Source: Gonapodya sp. JEL0774 (taxonomy: Eukaryota). Taken from it: a stretch of DNA of 64,000 bases. Positions 32,826 to 46,700 of the stretch are shown here, one piece after another. Made by a program: the position numbers and the translations under genes. The notes beneath the pieces are model-generated. The model had not been told where the DNA came from and did no database searches. It worked only from the letters and a program-made list of their open reading frames with translations. Where the stretch lies: positions 124,001 through 188,000 of the forward strand of contig JADIIX010000024.1 of the NCBI GenBank assembly GCA_027604505.1, given 5' to 3'. Each line of letters begins with the position of its first letter. Position 1 is the stretch's first letter.

Positions 32826-34699
32826 ATGTCTCGCCTCACGCCACGTGTGCCACCACCCCGCTCTGTCCTCATTACGAACGACGATGGTAACGATCACTTC
32901 AGAGCTGTTGGGGATTATCCCGTACATCGGACTAACCCGATCCAAAACCTCCTCCTCTAATCGCGATGTTCCATCATGATCTAACGAAAACGGAAAGGCC
33001 CTCCCGGAAGTGAATCGCTTTTTATAGAACCGTTTGTTAATGAATTGAGGCGAAAGTTTGACTGGAATCTCAAGTAAGTATATCTTCAGTTCCAAGAATA
33101 GATTTCCTTCTCATCACGCCGATTTTTATGTATGTCAACCTTTTCACTTCTCCGCGAACTGTCGGATCACTGGGACGCCATTTGTGCTCTTCTTCATTCG
33201 ATCATTACTTGGATTTGGGGGAATGATTAAGAGTATGCATTCCGGCCTCCCAGAAATCCTGGATTGGCAAAGTGAGTACCAATTGCGGTGTTTAATAAAT
33301 TTTTGAGAAATCCGAAAACTAAGCTTGGCCGAACAACGTTCGATCTGTTTCATCTTGCAGGGTTTCCTCATCCGCGAAGAATCCCCTGCGTTCCTCTACG
33401 ACCCCAAAACTGGCCACGTTTCTGATCACCCGCCTCTTCTCGAACGAGCGTCCGGCACCGAAAGGACAGATGAGAGCGGCGGAAAGTGGACACTCGTGGA
33501 GGGTACACCATCTGCCTGTGTGAACATCGCCCTGAATCACTTGTGGGATGCCAGCACGGTAGACTTAGTTGTGAGCGGTAAGTGTGTTTTGAGTGGACCG
33601 ACTGAAGTCGGGCTACGCAACCTAGCGTCGCACCGATCAGTGCTACATTGATTCGGTAATGCGAGGGCCACGGCGCGTTACGGAATCTAGACGTTGAATC
33701 TGATGGAAGCACCTTGATAACAGTACAAGGCTGTAAGGAGATACATGAACGTTTGGACGAAGTGGATGCCGGTCTGACACCCCTCTCTTGAGAGTGCACA
33801 TCGCCCGTGACGTCTTTCGTCCCCCACCGGAGATTCACACACCGACACCGTCCGTATCCAGGCCCCAACTTTGGTCGCAACTCGGGCTCTGCCATGTGCT
33901 TCTCCTCCGGCACCGTTGGCGCCGCTTTAGGTACAGACTCCGGTCTTCCTTTTTTCCCTTTGTTCCTTCTCTTCCCTCCTGTTTCCATCACCCCCCTCCC
34001 ACCCCCCCTTCCCCGCCACTACGCCTTTCATGTACACAGAAGCGGCACTCCTATCCAAGCGCGCTATCTCCCTTTCTATAGCCTTTTATAGCCGAGAGTT
34101 TCCACCTGCAAGTGTCGCTTGCGCGGTGGAGACCGCTGCGGATGTGGTCGGAAAACTGTGGGAGATGTGGCCAGAAGGAGATAAAAGGGTGAGTGTGGAG
34201 CGTTGCGATGGAAAGGGAAAAGATCAACTTTGCCGGTTGCATTTGAACCCCCTAATACTAACTTCAACATCGCCGCCAATCTCATGAGGTCGACCTTTTC
34301 AACGTGAACATTCCTCTCACACCCACGCCTCCAAAAATCCACCTCACCCGCATGTCCCGTGGACGATACACATCTCTTTACAAACCCATTGCCCCAGCAG
34401 CTGTGACCATGGACACTGCAGAGACGGCACCTGGGAACGGAGGCGGTACCGGTGCTGGCTCTGGAAGCAGTGAGATTGGGCCCCTCACCTTCCGCTGGCA
34501 ACCCACCTTCCGCCCAGGTCTGCTCATCGACGATGAACGAGGGACAGACAACGAGGCGGTAGGGAAAGGGCGCGGTAGTGTGACAGCCTTGAGTTGTAAC
34601 ATGGAGTGCCCTTGGGCAGGGCTTTTAGGGGCTGGGGAGAAGGGCGCCGAGGGGGGAGGGATGGAGCGGTTGAAGCAAGTGTTCCCGCCAATGGGGTGA
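32826..34699 (+). CDS. surE: SurE-family 5'/3'-nucleotidase / acid phosphatase, fungal type; about 7 exons
   Basis: SVLITNDD/GPPGSES; VCIPASQKSWIGK; WTLVEGTPSACVNIAL; DLVVS/GPNFGRNSG..SSGTVGAAL/EAAL; LFNVNIP; GTDNEAV..SVTAL. Confidence 0.92.
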
Positions 34700-35792
34700 G
34701 GCCAATGTTGCATCTCAAGAAAAAATGAAAGAATAGACATATAATGTGTTTGCACATGGTCGAACACAATGTGAAGAGTCTGTTAGTGGAAAGTCAATAA
34801 GATTTCAGTGATGTATCGCGGAGTGATGATCCATGGACCAATCGGGAAAGATGGGGTAAAATGACCATCACGATCAGGACAATTGCACCCGCTATCCTGT
34901 AAGAAATGAGGAAACATGTGACCGGGTTGAGAGGTATTTGTGACGTATGGTGATTATGTAACACCGGGTTCTCATTACGAACGCATTCTTTATGAGGAGT
35001 TCGTGCATGCGTTGTCAAGTACCGCCATTCACGATGAAGAATTCGTGAAGACGCAGTCAAGTACTCCAGCCATGCTGCCCTCCCAAAAGCCTCAATGGAC
35101 AAAAAATCTGCACGAACAACGCATCAAACACAACCGGAAACTTTTAACCATCCATTGATCACGGCGCCCCGCAAATACAAGTCATGAGCCAATTAACATC
35201 TCCACGCCAAGCTCATTCCGAGCTGTGGTAAATGGGCGATTCTACAGAGCTGTCCATCATGGCTTCGCCTAATCGTTGCTTCGAACGACCGCAACAAAAT
35301 GTGGCTCCCCGTCCCCCTGCGCTGCATAATTGTCCGGTACTAGAAGAGATGCGAGCTGAGGGTGGTGAGTGCGAGCGGGACCCATGTTGGAGGGAAAGCC
35401 ATAAGCACAAGCGAATAGGATTCCATATTTGCGATTTCGAGTCCAGGCAGAGAAACGAATTGAAGATAGTCAGCACATTGCCATGAGTCTCAACGGACTA
35501 TGTACATCCTTGAATCCATTCTGGCTGACCTAGGCACATCCTTGTCTCCATTCTGGAGTGAATCAGACATCCCAATCAGTTCCACCCTCTCTCCTTTCTA
35601 ACAACCACGTGACCTCGCTCTCCGCACAACGCTCCTATTCTCTTTTACTTTCGCTGGAAAATCTTTGTGGTGACTTCCTAGCTGTTGATACCTGGAATCC
35701 AATTCTCCCTTCCGTTGGGCTCCCACACTGGAACATATACATCACTCCATCCTCCAACTTTCTCTCTACACCCACCTCATATCACCCAACCG

Positions 35793-35978
35793 TCACAGCG
35801 CTGGCTCCTTTCCGCCTGTCTCCGCAATCTTCTTGTAGTACGCATCGATCTTTGCGAACTTGGGCTTGTGTTCGAACTCCCAGAACACATATGCCAATGT
35901 CAGACCAGAACCCAGTCCGATAGAGATATCGCGCACGATAGTTTTGCGGAATTTCCCAGTGATTTTCGCGATGGGCAT
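35793..35978 (-). CDS. COX9: Cytochrome c oxidase subunit VIIa / Cox9 (61 aa)
   Basis: MPIAKITGKFRKTIVRDISIGLGSGLTLAYVFWEFEHKPKFAKIDAYYKKI parallels yeast Cox9 MTIAPITG..RRVIMDIVLG..WW..H..FY. Single TM helix. Confidence 0.88.
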   Translation of the reverse strand: MPIAKITGKFRKTIVRDISIGLGSGLTLAYVFWEFEHKPKFAKIDAYYKKIAETGGKEPAL

Positions 35979-37744
35979 CGTGAGCAGAGAGGCGTGCAGC
36001 GGGTGAAAGGATGGCCAGACACACGGAGTGGAAAAAAGTCTGCGCCACTGTGTGGGTGAGTCAATCAGACACAGACACCACAACTGGGCAAAACCGTTTC
36101 GACACGCGAATCGTTCCATCGACATATTCCTGTTACCGCCAGAGCCTAATGAGCTCTATTTCTTACGTCAACGCTTGCAGCATGTCTCCGTCGTCCCGTT
36201 CGCCGTGTTGTGTGTTCTCCTCCTCCCCATCACATTGTTTCTTTCTCTTCTCTGCCCACAGTCAGACGATTACACGTACAAGGTTGTGCATAGCTCAGTG
36301 TGTGATCACTTTTCAAGAGTGCAATTTCAACCTCTCACCCTTCTATAGCCCACCGACAGATGTACTTGGAAGTGAAGTTCGTCAACGGGACATGACCCGC
36401 ATCGTCTCCCCGCATCTCCAGCTTGATACGGAGGTATGATCGATGGGGAAAAGTGTGCAAAAGTGGGCGAATCGCACCTCTGTGAGTGTGAGTGTCCAAG
36501 GTCATGCAATGGACGCCGCGTTGCTCTGTACAGCCGGACTCGACGCTCGCAGATCTATTAGGACGTTGCAATGTAGTCTTGATTGCGCTCGCGTCTCAAT
36601 GAAATTCGTACTATATACCACTGTCAACCCCTATGCCACTTTGTGCTCGAATTGCGTGCCCACTTCGGACTCATTGACCCTCCAGATTGAACTCTGAAAA
36701 TTTAAGCGTAACGAAAAGATGATTGGTGTGGCACTCGGATACGACCGAGCAAATGGGTCTTGGCAAAGGTGAGTGAACGGGAAAGCCCGACTGTGAAGAT
36801 AGTTTCTGTAGGCGATCCTGTCCTGTAAGCCACCCACCTGTAGAAAGAACCACCAACTATGAAAAGCTCGGCGAGTGCAGTCGAACCTTGGGGACTGGTG
36901 GTGCTAGAATGTTGAGTGCAGCTGATGCTCTTGGCGAACACGGTACTAACCGTTCAAATTCTATACAAGCACCGCATCAAGGACGATTAACAAATTACCC
37001 TCATACCTCCGCCGTTGGTCGTAGCTGTGAGGTAAGAGCGAGCGAGAGCTGAGCGTCTGGGTCAACCAGGTGGGAGAAGCAAGAGGGAGTGAGGTGGACC
37101 ACGCCAGAGGAATTGGACGTTCAGAACCCAAACGCTGCATTTCATCGACAAACTGCAACTGGAAATGACACGCAGTTTGATCGTTAAATGGTAAACTCTG
37201 CGGACACAAGTCCCCATTCAGTTGCTCTGCTGCGTAGCTGCCTTTTATGCAGCGAACGATACATCAGTTAGATGCTATCTATAGGCCAGTGAATACAAAT
37301 AGTCGAATAGAATGATGCTTTTTCCACACAATAAATGTATTGCAACTGCAGTACTGCATGTAACACATTCCACCAGCAAAGGAAGTAAACTCCAGGAACC
37401 AGATTCAAAAAACATTTAATCTTCATTGGGAAATTGAATCTGTTGCTGAAACCAATTTGATTGGGGACCTCCTGTTTGAAGTCGCGTGCCGTCCCATTGA
37501 ACAAGTCCTCTGGTCCGGGGTTTGGAACGGTATCTGGACGGTGGAATTGGACCAATAAGTGGAAAGAAAATCGTTTAGAGGTGAGAAGTAACTTCTCGTG
37601 CTCACAATCGATTGCGCGACTGACAGAATCAATGGGGGGCAAGTGTGTGCGCCCACACCGGCCCTCTCGCGCGAGTGGGTTGACGGTTTAACGTAAGAAG
37701 CAACAGCGGGCTGCACGAACGCTTAGCTGCATACTCTATTTGAA

Positions 37745-40700
37745 ATGGACGCGACAAACCCGACTCCGGCTGTCACGTCATCCCCGGAAAGCGCAGACAT
37801 CGTCAATCAAACGACAACCGCGATTTCGGAATCAGCTGACGGCAAAGAATCTTCCCGGCCTCGTGAAACACCTGATGTGGTGAAAGTGGATGGCTCCGAG
37901 GCCATTGGACGGCCTCTCCACACCCCCTCCATTTCTGCACCCCAAGAAGAAGACACGACAGCTCCCTCACAAACCGTCCCTTGGGAATCATCACACCCCC
38001 ACTACTCCAACGACACTCTCTCAATTTTGCCGGCTCTCCACACTTCACCTTCCAACGCCAATCTTGTCGCGTTCTCCTTCGATAAGGATGATGCAAAGGC
38101 AGACGACTCTCCAGCACCGACAGGGGGATTAGGCGGATCCTTGGCACACGATGCAAGAATCGGAGGCTCCATGTATGCCTTACAGACATCTCGGCCCAGC
38201 ACGTTGAGTGGTAGCGCGAAAAAGAGGTCGTGTAAGTATCGATCCACATTTGCAGTATGAAAAGAAACCTGGGACAGTCCAGACCAGTCGACTAACACGA
38301 CTAATAGAAAGAATGGGACATTATATCAGTTTGTGGACAGCGCTTGTCTGCGCCCTGAATGGAGTGTCTCGTTTGTGACACCCGGACCTCTGGAATTTTG
38401 AACCGGTTCGCATTAGTCGAATCGGACCTCAGACGGGATTTGCTTTTGGGGCATGGAGATGAATTCCGCTGTGAACTCCTGAACTCATTCCCCTCTTTCT
38501 CCCACTGCCCGGTGGACCCACTATTTGCCTCACGACAGTTATTGTGGAACCCTCGAACAATTCATTTTCCTCAGCTGGCCGCCTCGCTGCGGCATCTACC
38601 CGCAAACTTGCCGCATCTAGTGCACGAATCGACCGGTCGGTTCTGGACACTTCATCTGTTGCCACACCTATCCTGTCAGCAGACATGTCACCCATGAATA
38701 TTAACATGGCCGCGTCGACCATCGGACTTGCTTCTCTGTCCGTCACCACTCCGACTATTGCCACAACTCCGCCACAACCAGAGGACGGATCTGGGTCGGG
38801 GGAGAGCGCCGTTGCCCCATCCTCGCTTGATGCCGCCCATTCTCCCATCATCACCGACTCCTTATCACTCAACCAGCCAAGTACCCCTACTTCTGATGAT
38901 GCAACATCCGTAGACGCGTCTTACCCTTCCTCCCTCGCCCGCCCGTCGTCAAGGGGAAAGTCCCCTCACCCGGCATCACCGCTTCCTCCAACACCCGTTC
39001 CAACAACCAACCTTCCTTCTCCATCCTCGTCCCCGCTTCCTCCGGACACAATGTCTCCCGCGTCCGACCGCCGTCCAACTCACTCCATGCCCCTTCCGCC
39101 GCCACCGTTCCCTTACTCTGCCTCCGCCTTGGCCGCCGCGCGGGTCTACGGAATTGAAACTGCCAAGGCGTTTGAGGTGGCCAGGAAAGCTGAGGGGGCC
39201 AGAGATGACACAAGGGCTCGGATGGAGGTGTGCGCCGGAGGTGGTATGGCGAGCTTCTTGGGAGGTGGAGCGGATAACGACAAAAAGGCCCCGGCTGCAC
39301 TCACTGCGAGGACAGGGAGAGGCCGTGGTGCAAACTTTGGTGATGGTCGAGGACGTGGACGTCTTGTTGTCGCACGTATTGCGCTCGATGTGAACGAGCC
39401 GGCCAGTGGACGCGGTAGCGTGAAATTGCCTACAGCTGAGGACTTACCCGCGCTTCCGAGAAGGGAAAGTTTGCAATTCGAGACAGATAGTATGAAGCAA
39501 GAGCAGATTACAGTCGAGAAACCGGCGAGGGATAGCGCGAGGCCCTTGACGCCCCCAGTGCTACCCGCGATTCCGAAAGGAAGGGGGACTGTCAAAGTCG
39601 CAAGACAGATTACACTTAAGGAAATTGATGCAAGCGAAATGCGGGGCATGAGGGATTTCAAGGTTCGTATGGGCGTTCCATACCGGAGAAGATTCCTTAA
39701 GGCCTCATAATGTCAAACAGGACGCACTCCCGGGCCCCCGACAGACGGAATCGCTTTCACCACGTCATCAAATGGTGAAAGAGGAATTCGTCAATGAGGT
39801 AGGAGATGTGAATTCAACTGTCGTATCGGATGTTGCTCACTTATCAATAAACAACTTTGGGTGAAACTGGGATACCCAGATCTCCATCTCTATTCCGACA
39901 CACCAAGCAGAAGCTAATCGGATGAGCACACTCCCCTCTTCTGTTCTCTCCTGGATACGAGCTATGGTGAACGCCCCTTATGCAACACCAGGGTTTTTCT
40001 ACGCAAATATGGTTCATCTCCCTGGTCGTTCTGGGGAAACCGATCCATATGATTTAGTAGCGGTGGCATATGGTGATGTTGATAGGTGGGGAGGGGGTAG
40101 GGGATTTGTGACCGTTAGCGCGGAGGTAGGCGTCAGTCTGATGAAATAATGGAGCTCATCACTTACAAATTGGGGGTGATCTTGCATGCTAGGGTGTGAC
40201 TCAATTTCCACCGAGCACTGATCCGCCGTCGTTTACTCCGCTGACTCTATGGCTACGCGAGCGGACTCTGTATACCCAGCTTACTCTGCTGCCTTATTTT
40301 CGCCTGCATCGTACCCGTAAAGCATTTTCGACATGGCGACGTACAGTTCGGGGTACGAAGGTTGCCCGGGCGAGAGAATCGCTCGAGAAGATGCTCTTTG
40401 CGTGTCATCCGGTGCTGGGCAAGGCAGCACTGGAAACGCAAGCGCTATGCTACGACTTGATTGGTGGGCGCTGGTTCACCAGACCTGGTGCTGCTTGGCT
40501 CGTCAGAGTAGTGGACAGAGGAGTAGATGTGGAGGGTTTCGCTGAGGTGCAGAGGGCATACGTCGAGGAGGTAGGAGACGGAGTTGCCGGGGAATGGAGG
40601 AATGGTGTGAAAAGGGTTGTCGATGTGGCATGCCGGGAGGTTCTCGTGAAGGCGGGGGAAACACGGGCGGGAGCAGCCGAGAAGGAGAAGGGTGGCATAG

Positions 40701-43700
40701 TTCAAGGACAAACCGGGCGCACTGGCGCAACGGCTGTGACTGGAGTCACAGCAACACCCAAAATGACCTTCACGGAGCAAGCAGCGCGACGGACGGAGTG
40801 TCGTAGACTTGAACGTTTTGTCAGGGTGATGGACTACATGTGCGTCGAGGCACTTGCATCCGTGGCTATTCAGAGCGCGCACCGGCTGCTCATCGAGGTT
40901 TTCAGTGGTTGCACGGACGTAGATGTTGCTGTGGCTGCGGATGGGGCCTTTGGGTGCGAAGACAAGCGGGGGTGTGACGACGGTTCAGGTACCTGGCCGG
41001 CAGGCGTCGTGCAAGTTGGGGGCTCAGTGGTGGGCAGTGAAGTAGGCACAGAGATGTTCGTGGTCGCTGGGGCCGATGGATTCCCGAATGTTGCGAGCTG
41101 GGTTGCCAGGAGAAGTGTGGAAAAGGTGGTTGGTGAGGTGATTGGCAAGTTGGTGGAGGAGGAGGATGAGAAGGGAGCTCTCAAAGTATTGGATACTGTT
41201 ACTGACGAGAAAGAATGGCGAGAAGTTGGTCGAAATGAGTCAAACGGAGGTCAAATGGGAGATGATCGTGGCCCGCTAACCGGTGGCGACGGTTTCAATG
41301 GCAAAGACCTCGATAATCGAGCCGCGACGGGTCCCATCTCTGAGAACATTGAGTCAAATTTAGAGGCTGTTGCTGGGTTCAAGGCTCCCCCGCTGTCCGA
41401 AACCTCAGCAAGTTTCAAGCCCAGTGAGAAGAGTGGCGTCGCTATGCACGTATCGAGCAAAGGCCAGGCGCTTGCGCTTGCACCCGGCCCGTTGTTCAAG
41501 ACCAAACTGATTCTTGATGTGGAAGGACAAAAGGGGCAGCAAGTACTCCGTTTATCGCCTTCTCTGCCGGAGTTCCTTGCCACGCTAGATACTTTGATCA
41601 AACTGTATGTCACCACAGTGGAGGAAGTTAAATTGTTGACGGGGACCTTCAAGTATCTGGATCCATCCATCATTATTTCACCCGGTGCTTTCGACGATAC
41701 TTCTGGGGAAGCTTCCTCTGGAGGTCAATCCTCAGCATCAAAGGAAGCCTCGGATGCCGCGGGTCTTCCCAACGTTGCACAGATAGTGAGTGAAAACCTT
41801 TTCTATCGAGAGTGTGTCGGGAGAATTCGCGGGACACTTGTAGGGGTGTTTATCAATGCTCGAAGGTGGATGGGTGGATGGGACGGGATGAGGGCGATGT
41901 GGTCTGAAAACAACGCGCACACTGTAGAAGGGGTTCAGCAGGTCGCTCAAAAGTTCCTCGATGTTGAGAAGTCAAAAGATACCGGCTCTTCTCCCTCTAT
42001 GGAGCCTGTTGAGCTTCCGGCGACCAATATTGTGGAGTACTTTTCGCAAGCATTAGAACGGTTCTCGGCTCAGCGTGCGATTGTCAACAATCGTGTCCCA
42101 ACGACCTCCGTGGTTAATAACCTCCTCGTTGAGACTGCTGATCTCAAAACAATGCTCCTCCCAAGCCCCGAAAAATGTTTCAAAAGTGTAGCCACTGTTC
42201 TCCCCGTATACGTCAGAGATAGAAACGAGGAGCTGTTAACCGAGGTTCAGAGTTGGGTTAGGGAGCTGAACAGCTCGCCTGCAACTGTGGAGCATTTTGT
42301 AGAATATCTGAGTTGGATGGATAAGAGTGAGTTTTGACCCGTCGTTCGACTCAATGCCTTTTGTTTTTTTGCCTCCTTCTGATTCTTGCATTGATAACAG
42401 TCAAAGTATCCATGCCTCGAGTGGAGCGGCAGTTCGATGAGCTGAACCATCTCTACGCTCTGGTTGACAAGCACAAAATTCCCATACAACCCACCGATCT
42501 TGCACTCTATCAAACTCTCACTCCCACCATGCGCCAACTCAAAGACGTCGCTGATATAGCGAATGATACCAAAGAGGAAAATACCAGCAGATTCTCTTTG
42601 GAGCTGGAGAAAAACAACTCGGATCTTCTCCAGGAGTGCCAAGATATCCGCAATCGTGCACAGGATCCGATGGTATGGAATCCCAGTGGAAATCCAGAGA
42701 TCGTGCTTCGGTTCCTCGACGACCTGCGGGACGCGTTAGCAACCGTCGAAGACAGTAAACATCGCTTTCAACAATGGTCTGCACTTTTCAAAGCAGGTGG
42801 TGCGACGAAAGTTGGTGCAGGCGGTGATACCGCAGGGACCAACAGGGGTGCTGGTGAAACAGGTGTTGAGGCATCTGCCGACGCAGCGATTACAGTCGCG
42901 GATGATCAAGCCGGAGAAATTGCAGAAACGAGGGTTGAAGTTGACTTGAAGAGGACTTTGTGGGCTTCGCTCCGTGATTGGGAGGTTATGACGGAGTGAG
43001 TATCATATTGAACAGTGGAGGTCTCAAAGCAATCCTAATATTCGCTTTCTTGGCAGGACATGGCGTACTATCCCCTTCGATCAGCTTAATACCGACGATA
43101 TGAACACTCAAATTCAAGGATACATGAAGTCAATTTATGCGCTTGACAAAGGTCTTCCGCCGAATGAAGTGGTGCCCAAACTCAAAGGAATGGTGGAGCA
43201 GTTCCGTGCCATCTACCCGTGCATCGTCGAACTTCGCAATCCTGCTTTGAAGCAGAGACACTGGGATAAAATCCAAGACGCCGTCGGGAAATCAATTGTT
43301 CGGGACGACACCTTTACGCTCGGACGACTTATGGATGAGTCATTTTTCGACTTCAAAGAGGAAATCAGTGGTGTCAGTGGACAAGCAAGCTCAGAGGCAT
43401 CGCTCGAGGAAATGCTGGCGAAGATTGTGAAGCAATGGAGCGAGACGGAGTTTGTGGTATTGCCGTACCGCGATGGCAAGGATGTTTTTATTCTCGGAAG
43501 CATTGACGATATCCAAACCATATTGGAAGACAGCCAGGTGACATTGGCCACTATCAAATCCTCGCGTTTCCTTGCTCCCATTAAATCTGATGTCGATCGC
43601 TGGGACAAACAACTGTCCCTGTTCGCAGAGACATTGGACGCTTGGCTTACTTGTCAACGTAGTTGGCTCTACCTAGAGAGCATATTCTCCGCACCGGATA

Positions 43701-46700
43701 TTCAAAGACAACTTCCAGACGAAGCACGAATGTTCACGCAAGTGGATCGCTCATGGAAGGAAGTGATGAGGAAAGTTTCTCGAAATCCTAACGCAATGAA
43801 ATCTGGTACCACGCCTGGCCTTCTCGAGACGATGCAGCAGAATAATGCTCTCCTTGATCGCATTCAGAAGTGCTTGGAGGACTACCTTGAAAGCAAACGA
43901 CTTCTGTTCCCTCGCTTCTACTTTCTCAGTAACGACGAGCTGCTGGAAATTCTCAGCCAAACTAGGAACCCTCAGGCTGTTCAGCCACATCTCGGGAAGT
44001 GTTTTGATGCCATCAAGCAGCTAGATTTTGCCTCCGAATCGAAGAGCGTGGATATTGTGGCGATGGTTTCGCCAGAGGGCGAGAGAGTGGCGTTTGGAAA
44101 AACCCTCAAGGCTCGTGGAAATGTTGAGGCGTGGCTGGGGCAGGTTGAAGAGAGTATGGTAAATGTGCTCAGAAAGCTGTGCAAGGCTGCTTTGGCGGAC
44201 TACGATCCAGCGAAACGTGGAGAGTGGGTGAAAGAGCACGTAGGAATGGTTTCATTGACCGCAAGTCAGATAATTTGGTGTCGCGATGTTTCCGACTGCC
44301 TGAAACAAGCGAATCCCCTGCAAGCACTCCTTGCTTACAAAGCGACGAGCATTCAAGTACGTTCACCGACTGTTCCAACAATGTCTTTGTTTCTGTTGGA
44401 AATCAGTGCTAATCTGGTTCTGAACGATACAGTATTTAAATAATCTTGCAGCTCTGGTACGAGGTGACCTCACCAAGATCCAGCGAGCGATCCTCGGGGC
44501 AATGATCACCATTGATGTTCACAATCGAGACATTCTCCAAGGTCTCTATAACGCAAAATGTTCCAGTCCGTCCGACTTCGAGTGGACTAAGCAGATGCGG
44601 TATTATTGGGACTCCGAAGGAGATACCTGCCAGGTGAAGATGAGTACGTCCACGTTCAACTACGGATACGAGTATCTTGGGTGCTCCTCTCGGCTCGTCA
44701 TTACACCTTTGACGGATAGGTGCTATTTGACTCTGACTGGCGCAGTTCAGCTCAATTTGGGGGGATCTCCCGTCGGACCTGCTGGAACCGGGAAAACAGA
44801 AACTGTGAAAGATCTCGCCAAAGCTTTGGCGAGACAGTGTATCGTGTTTAACTGCTCAGATGGATTAGACTACAAGATGATGGGCAAAATGTTTGCTGGC
44901 CTCGCACAGAGTGGTGCCTGGATATGTTTCGACGAATTCAACCGCATCGACATTGAGGTGCTTTCTGTCATTGCGCAGCAAGTAATCACCATAAAAAACG
45001 CCAAAGACGCGAAGTCCACTCGTTTTGTGTTTGAGGGCCGCGAGATCCGATTGATTGATACCTGTGCGTCCTTTATCACAATGAACCCGGGGTACGCTGG
45101 CCGAACAGAACTACCTGACAATTTGAAAGCGCAGTATCGCCCAATTGCTATGATGATTCCGGACTATGGACTGATTGCCGAGATCACTCTATATTCGGAA
45201 GGCTTTGAGAACGCGAAAGCGCTCTCTGGAAAGGTTGTCAACCTTTACAAATTATGCAGCGAGCAACTTAGTCAACAAGATCATTACGATTTTGGAATGA
45301 GAGCCGTAAAAAGTGTACTTACAATGGCTGGGTCTCTGAAACGGTCGAACCCTGCACTTACAGAGGACGTTGTACTCATTCGGAGTTTGCGTGATTCAAA
45401 TCTGCCAAAGTTTATTTCTGAGGATATCCCTTTATTTAAAGGAATCTTGATGGATTTGTTCCCAGGAATTCAGGTCCCCGCGGTCGACTATGGTGCGCTT
45501 ACTGCCGTCATTCAAGAACTTTTGACAGAGAAGAGACTTGTCGCAGTGCCCGCAATGATTGACAGGATTGTTCAACTTTATGATACCATGAAGATTCGCC
45601 ATGGTGTCATGCTCGTTGGACCAACTGGGGGCGGCAAAACTACCAGTTATGAGATTCTTGCCGACGCGATGGGTCGACTAAAGGACCGGGGTGTCGGCCG
45701 AGCCGGAGACTTCCAGAAGATTAAACAATATGTATTGAATCCCAAGGTAAGATACACTGCGATGCAGTTGGATTAAAGCTGAACATTGTACACACCATTC
45801 AGTGCATTACCATGGCTGAACTTTATGGGGAGTTCAATCTCCAAACTATGGAATGGCGCGATGGACTGATTGGGTCCCTAGTACGTCCTCAAGTCGTTGA
45901 CAATTCTCTCGATGAGAAATGGACAATATTTGATGGTCCTGTCGACGCTCTTTGGATCGAGAACATTAACTCGGTCCTTGACGACAACAAACTCTTGTGT
46001 TTGGCAAACGGCGAGCGCATAAAGCTGACTCCGACAATGCATATGCTGTTTGAGGTCGCAGATCTCGCTGTAGCTTCACCTGCAACAGTAAGCCGCTGTG
46101 GTATGGTGTACATGGATCCAACGGCTCTTGGTTGGAAGCCTCCGGTGATGACGTGGTCTCAGTCCTTGCCAAGCCATGTCACTGAAGATCTGAAGCAACA
46201 CATTCTGAAGTTGTTTGAGGTGTACGTGGAGAAAGGCCTGAAGTTCGTCCGCAAGTCTTGCAAAGAGTATGTTGCCTCCAGCAACATCACATTGGTGATG
46301 AGCTTGTGCAAACTTATCGAGACTTTCGTATGCCAAATGCCCGAGCTTGACTTCAAGCAGAGCCTGGAAATCTTGAAGCCCGTCGTAGGTCACATATTTG
46401 TGTTCTGCTACGTGTGGTCCATCGGTGGAAATCTAGCAGATGGTTGTCACGATCTCTTTGATTCATTCATGCGAGAAACGTTCGATCAGGATCCGCTTCC
46501 TGACGTGCAATTACCCTCAGGAAGCATTTTTGGCTACAACATCGACATGAAGAATAAAGCCTTTATCTCTTGGGAGGACCAAGTTCCCCAATTCAAGTAT
46601 TCTTCAGAAGTTCCCTATTTCCAGCTCATTGTTCCGACTCCGGATACGGTCAAATACTCTTTCTTGCTTGAACGGCTTCTCGCGAGCAGTTACCCGTTAA

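Noticed and set aside
36686..36770. Selenoprotein with in-frame TGA (IEL*KFKRN)
   Set aside because: No CxxU-type motif, no recognisable family and no SECIS found.
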